Positions 62,907-64,000 of a stretch of DNA of 64,000 nt are shown here, piece by piece (the stretch's first letter is position 1; each line of letters begins with the position of its first letter). Both the position numbers and the translations under genes were made by a program. The DNA comes from Anthoceros angustus (lineage: Eukaryota; Plantae; Anthocerotophyta): positions 372,001-436,000 of the forward strand of contig MU008162.1 in NCBI GenBank assembly GCA_010909165.1, given 5' to 3'. The notes below the pieces were generated by a model. It ran no database searches and was not told where the DNA came from. It saw only the letters and a program-made list of their open reading frames with translations.

Positions 62907-64000
62907 GTGAGAAGTTTCGACACGGCATGTGTGGGTTCAAATCATGCACCTCGTTAGTTGATTACCATGACATTTACTGGCTGCTGCTTCTTCTATTTGC
63001 AGAGCCGTTGAAGATGACAACTCCAGTGCTGAGTCTGGTGGCCAATCTTACACGGTGGATGACTGAGTGGCGTGCCCACACTCCCAGCATGATAAGCTGA
63101 ACGGGCTGAAGAGGAAGACTGCGGGATCGTAGGAGGTGGCAGGGTTTTGGTTTTGTGTTTGGAGTCAAGCGTTGTGACTCCCAAGTGTGTTCAGACTTCA
63201 TTTGTCTTGATTTCAGCAGTTGGTGTGTTGGTTTTGTGTTCTTTCCTAAATGGAGCATACTTTGCGTGGTGAGGCCGGGACTGCCAAAACCACAGATTGT
63301 TGTAGCCACATTTTGTCTCTACGAGACATCTTCTTGAAGAACCACCCATCTAGCAGGAATGATACTCTTTGTCATTGTTTGTAAGACTCACAAGGTTGAA
63401 ACTGTTGTCACGATGCACCCGGTTCCAACTGTTTGAAAGATCCACAAATCGCGTACATCGGATTGTTGCGACACACACGGTCAACAGGGGAATGCGGGTA
63501 CTGTGTCACACCACAAAAATGAGTGAACCTGCAAAGGGCTGCCAGGCCAAACCCGCCTTCCAACCATGCCAAACAGCGATGACGATAAAAAAACAACAGC
63601 AGTCATGTCAAGAAGATTGTCTAGTTGGAGGGATCGAGAGATCATGCAAATGCACAACATGTCTGCTCGGTTACACACCAGGAACAGCAAAACATCTGGG
63701 CGATGGGACCTTCCTCAATTACGTAAAGCTGGATGCTCAGGCCTCTTCCTACAACACACAAAGCCAAGTTTGAACAAAGCTCTCAACCCGCTCCGAACAT
63801 GATGAGGAGGCGGGCTCTATGATCGATAGAAGCAAGTCCAAGTCGGGCCTCTTTCTTCCGCTCGGATTGTTCTCATCGTTTCGCCACCGCCAACACCGGA
63901 CATAGTACTGTTTTGTTGCTCGCAATGATGCCCGATTTCGCCACATTGCGTGAAGAGAAGCCGGGAGGAGTTGCCTTCCGTGCCCTTTTGATTCCTCGCC

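Larger units (their letters stand above)
55786..64000. mobile_element. Probable DNA transposon inserted at the end of the array (right end beyond the window)
   Basis: The array unit breaks mid-sequence (GGGGAGTA|CTAGG becomes GGGAGTA|GGGTGTATGC); TAGGG start; G-rich subterminal repeats; disrupted multi-domain ORF. Superfamily not determined. Confidence 0.45.

Overview
Eukaryotic nuclear DNA from a compact, gene-dense land-plant genome with short GT-AG introns. The PLS-type PPR protein with an extended L motif and several genes without obvious seed-plant counterparts suggest a non-seed plant, most likely a fern (inference). Layout: (1) 2.0-7.0 kb, secreted alpha-carbonic anhydrase and plastid glutathione reductase; (2) 7.1-15.2 kb, AT-rich decayed transposons (L1-like RT, RLE/CRE-type LINE tail, Ty3 RNase H, minisatellites); (3) 15.3-17.4 kb, ZMAT5 and a PyrP2-like HAD; (4) 18-23 kb, a second accessory block containing a relic beta-class N4-C/N6-A DNA methyltransferase motif next to a 1.8-kb segment bracketed by a perfect 26-bp inverted repeat and holding seven copies of a 22-bp GC palindrome; (5) 24-43 kb, a dense gene block (intronless SP1, SAE2, SMP-30-like protein, aldo-keto reductase, NFD6-like, PPR, PAT1H, plastid ABM-domain protein); (6) 43.2-45.7 kb, an orphan 322-aa protein with a 2x internal repeat, preceded by a mosaic of fragments copied from PAT1, from the 34-kb region and from the neighbouring array; (7) 45.7-55.8 kb, a tandem array of a ~2.58-kb unit; (8) 55.8-64 kb, a probable DNA transposon with G-rich repeats and a disrupted coiled-coil + RING-H2 + GDNFAV-domain ORF. 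Repeat copies right of ~45.7 kb differ by many 1-3 bp indels, so frameshifts there may be consensus errors. No rRNA, tRNA or CRISPR array was recognised. All homology calls come from motif recognition by eye; no database searches were run.
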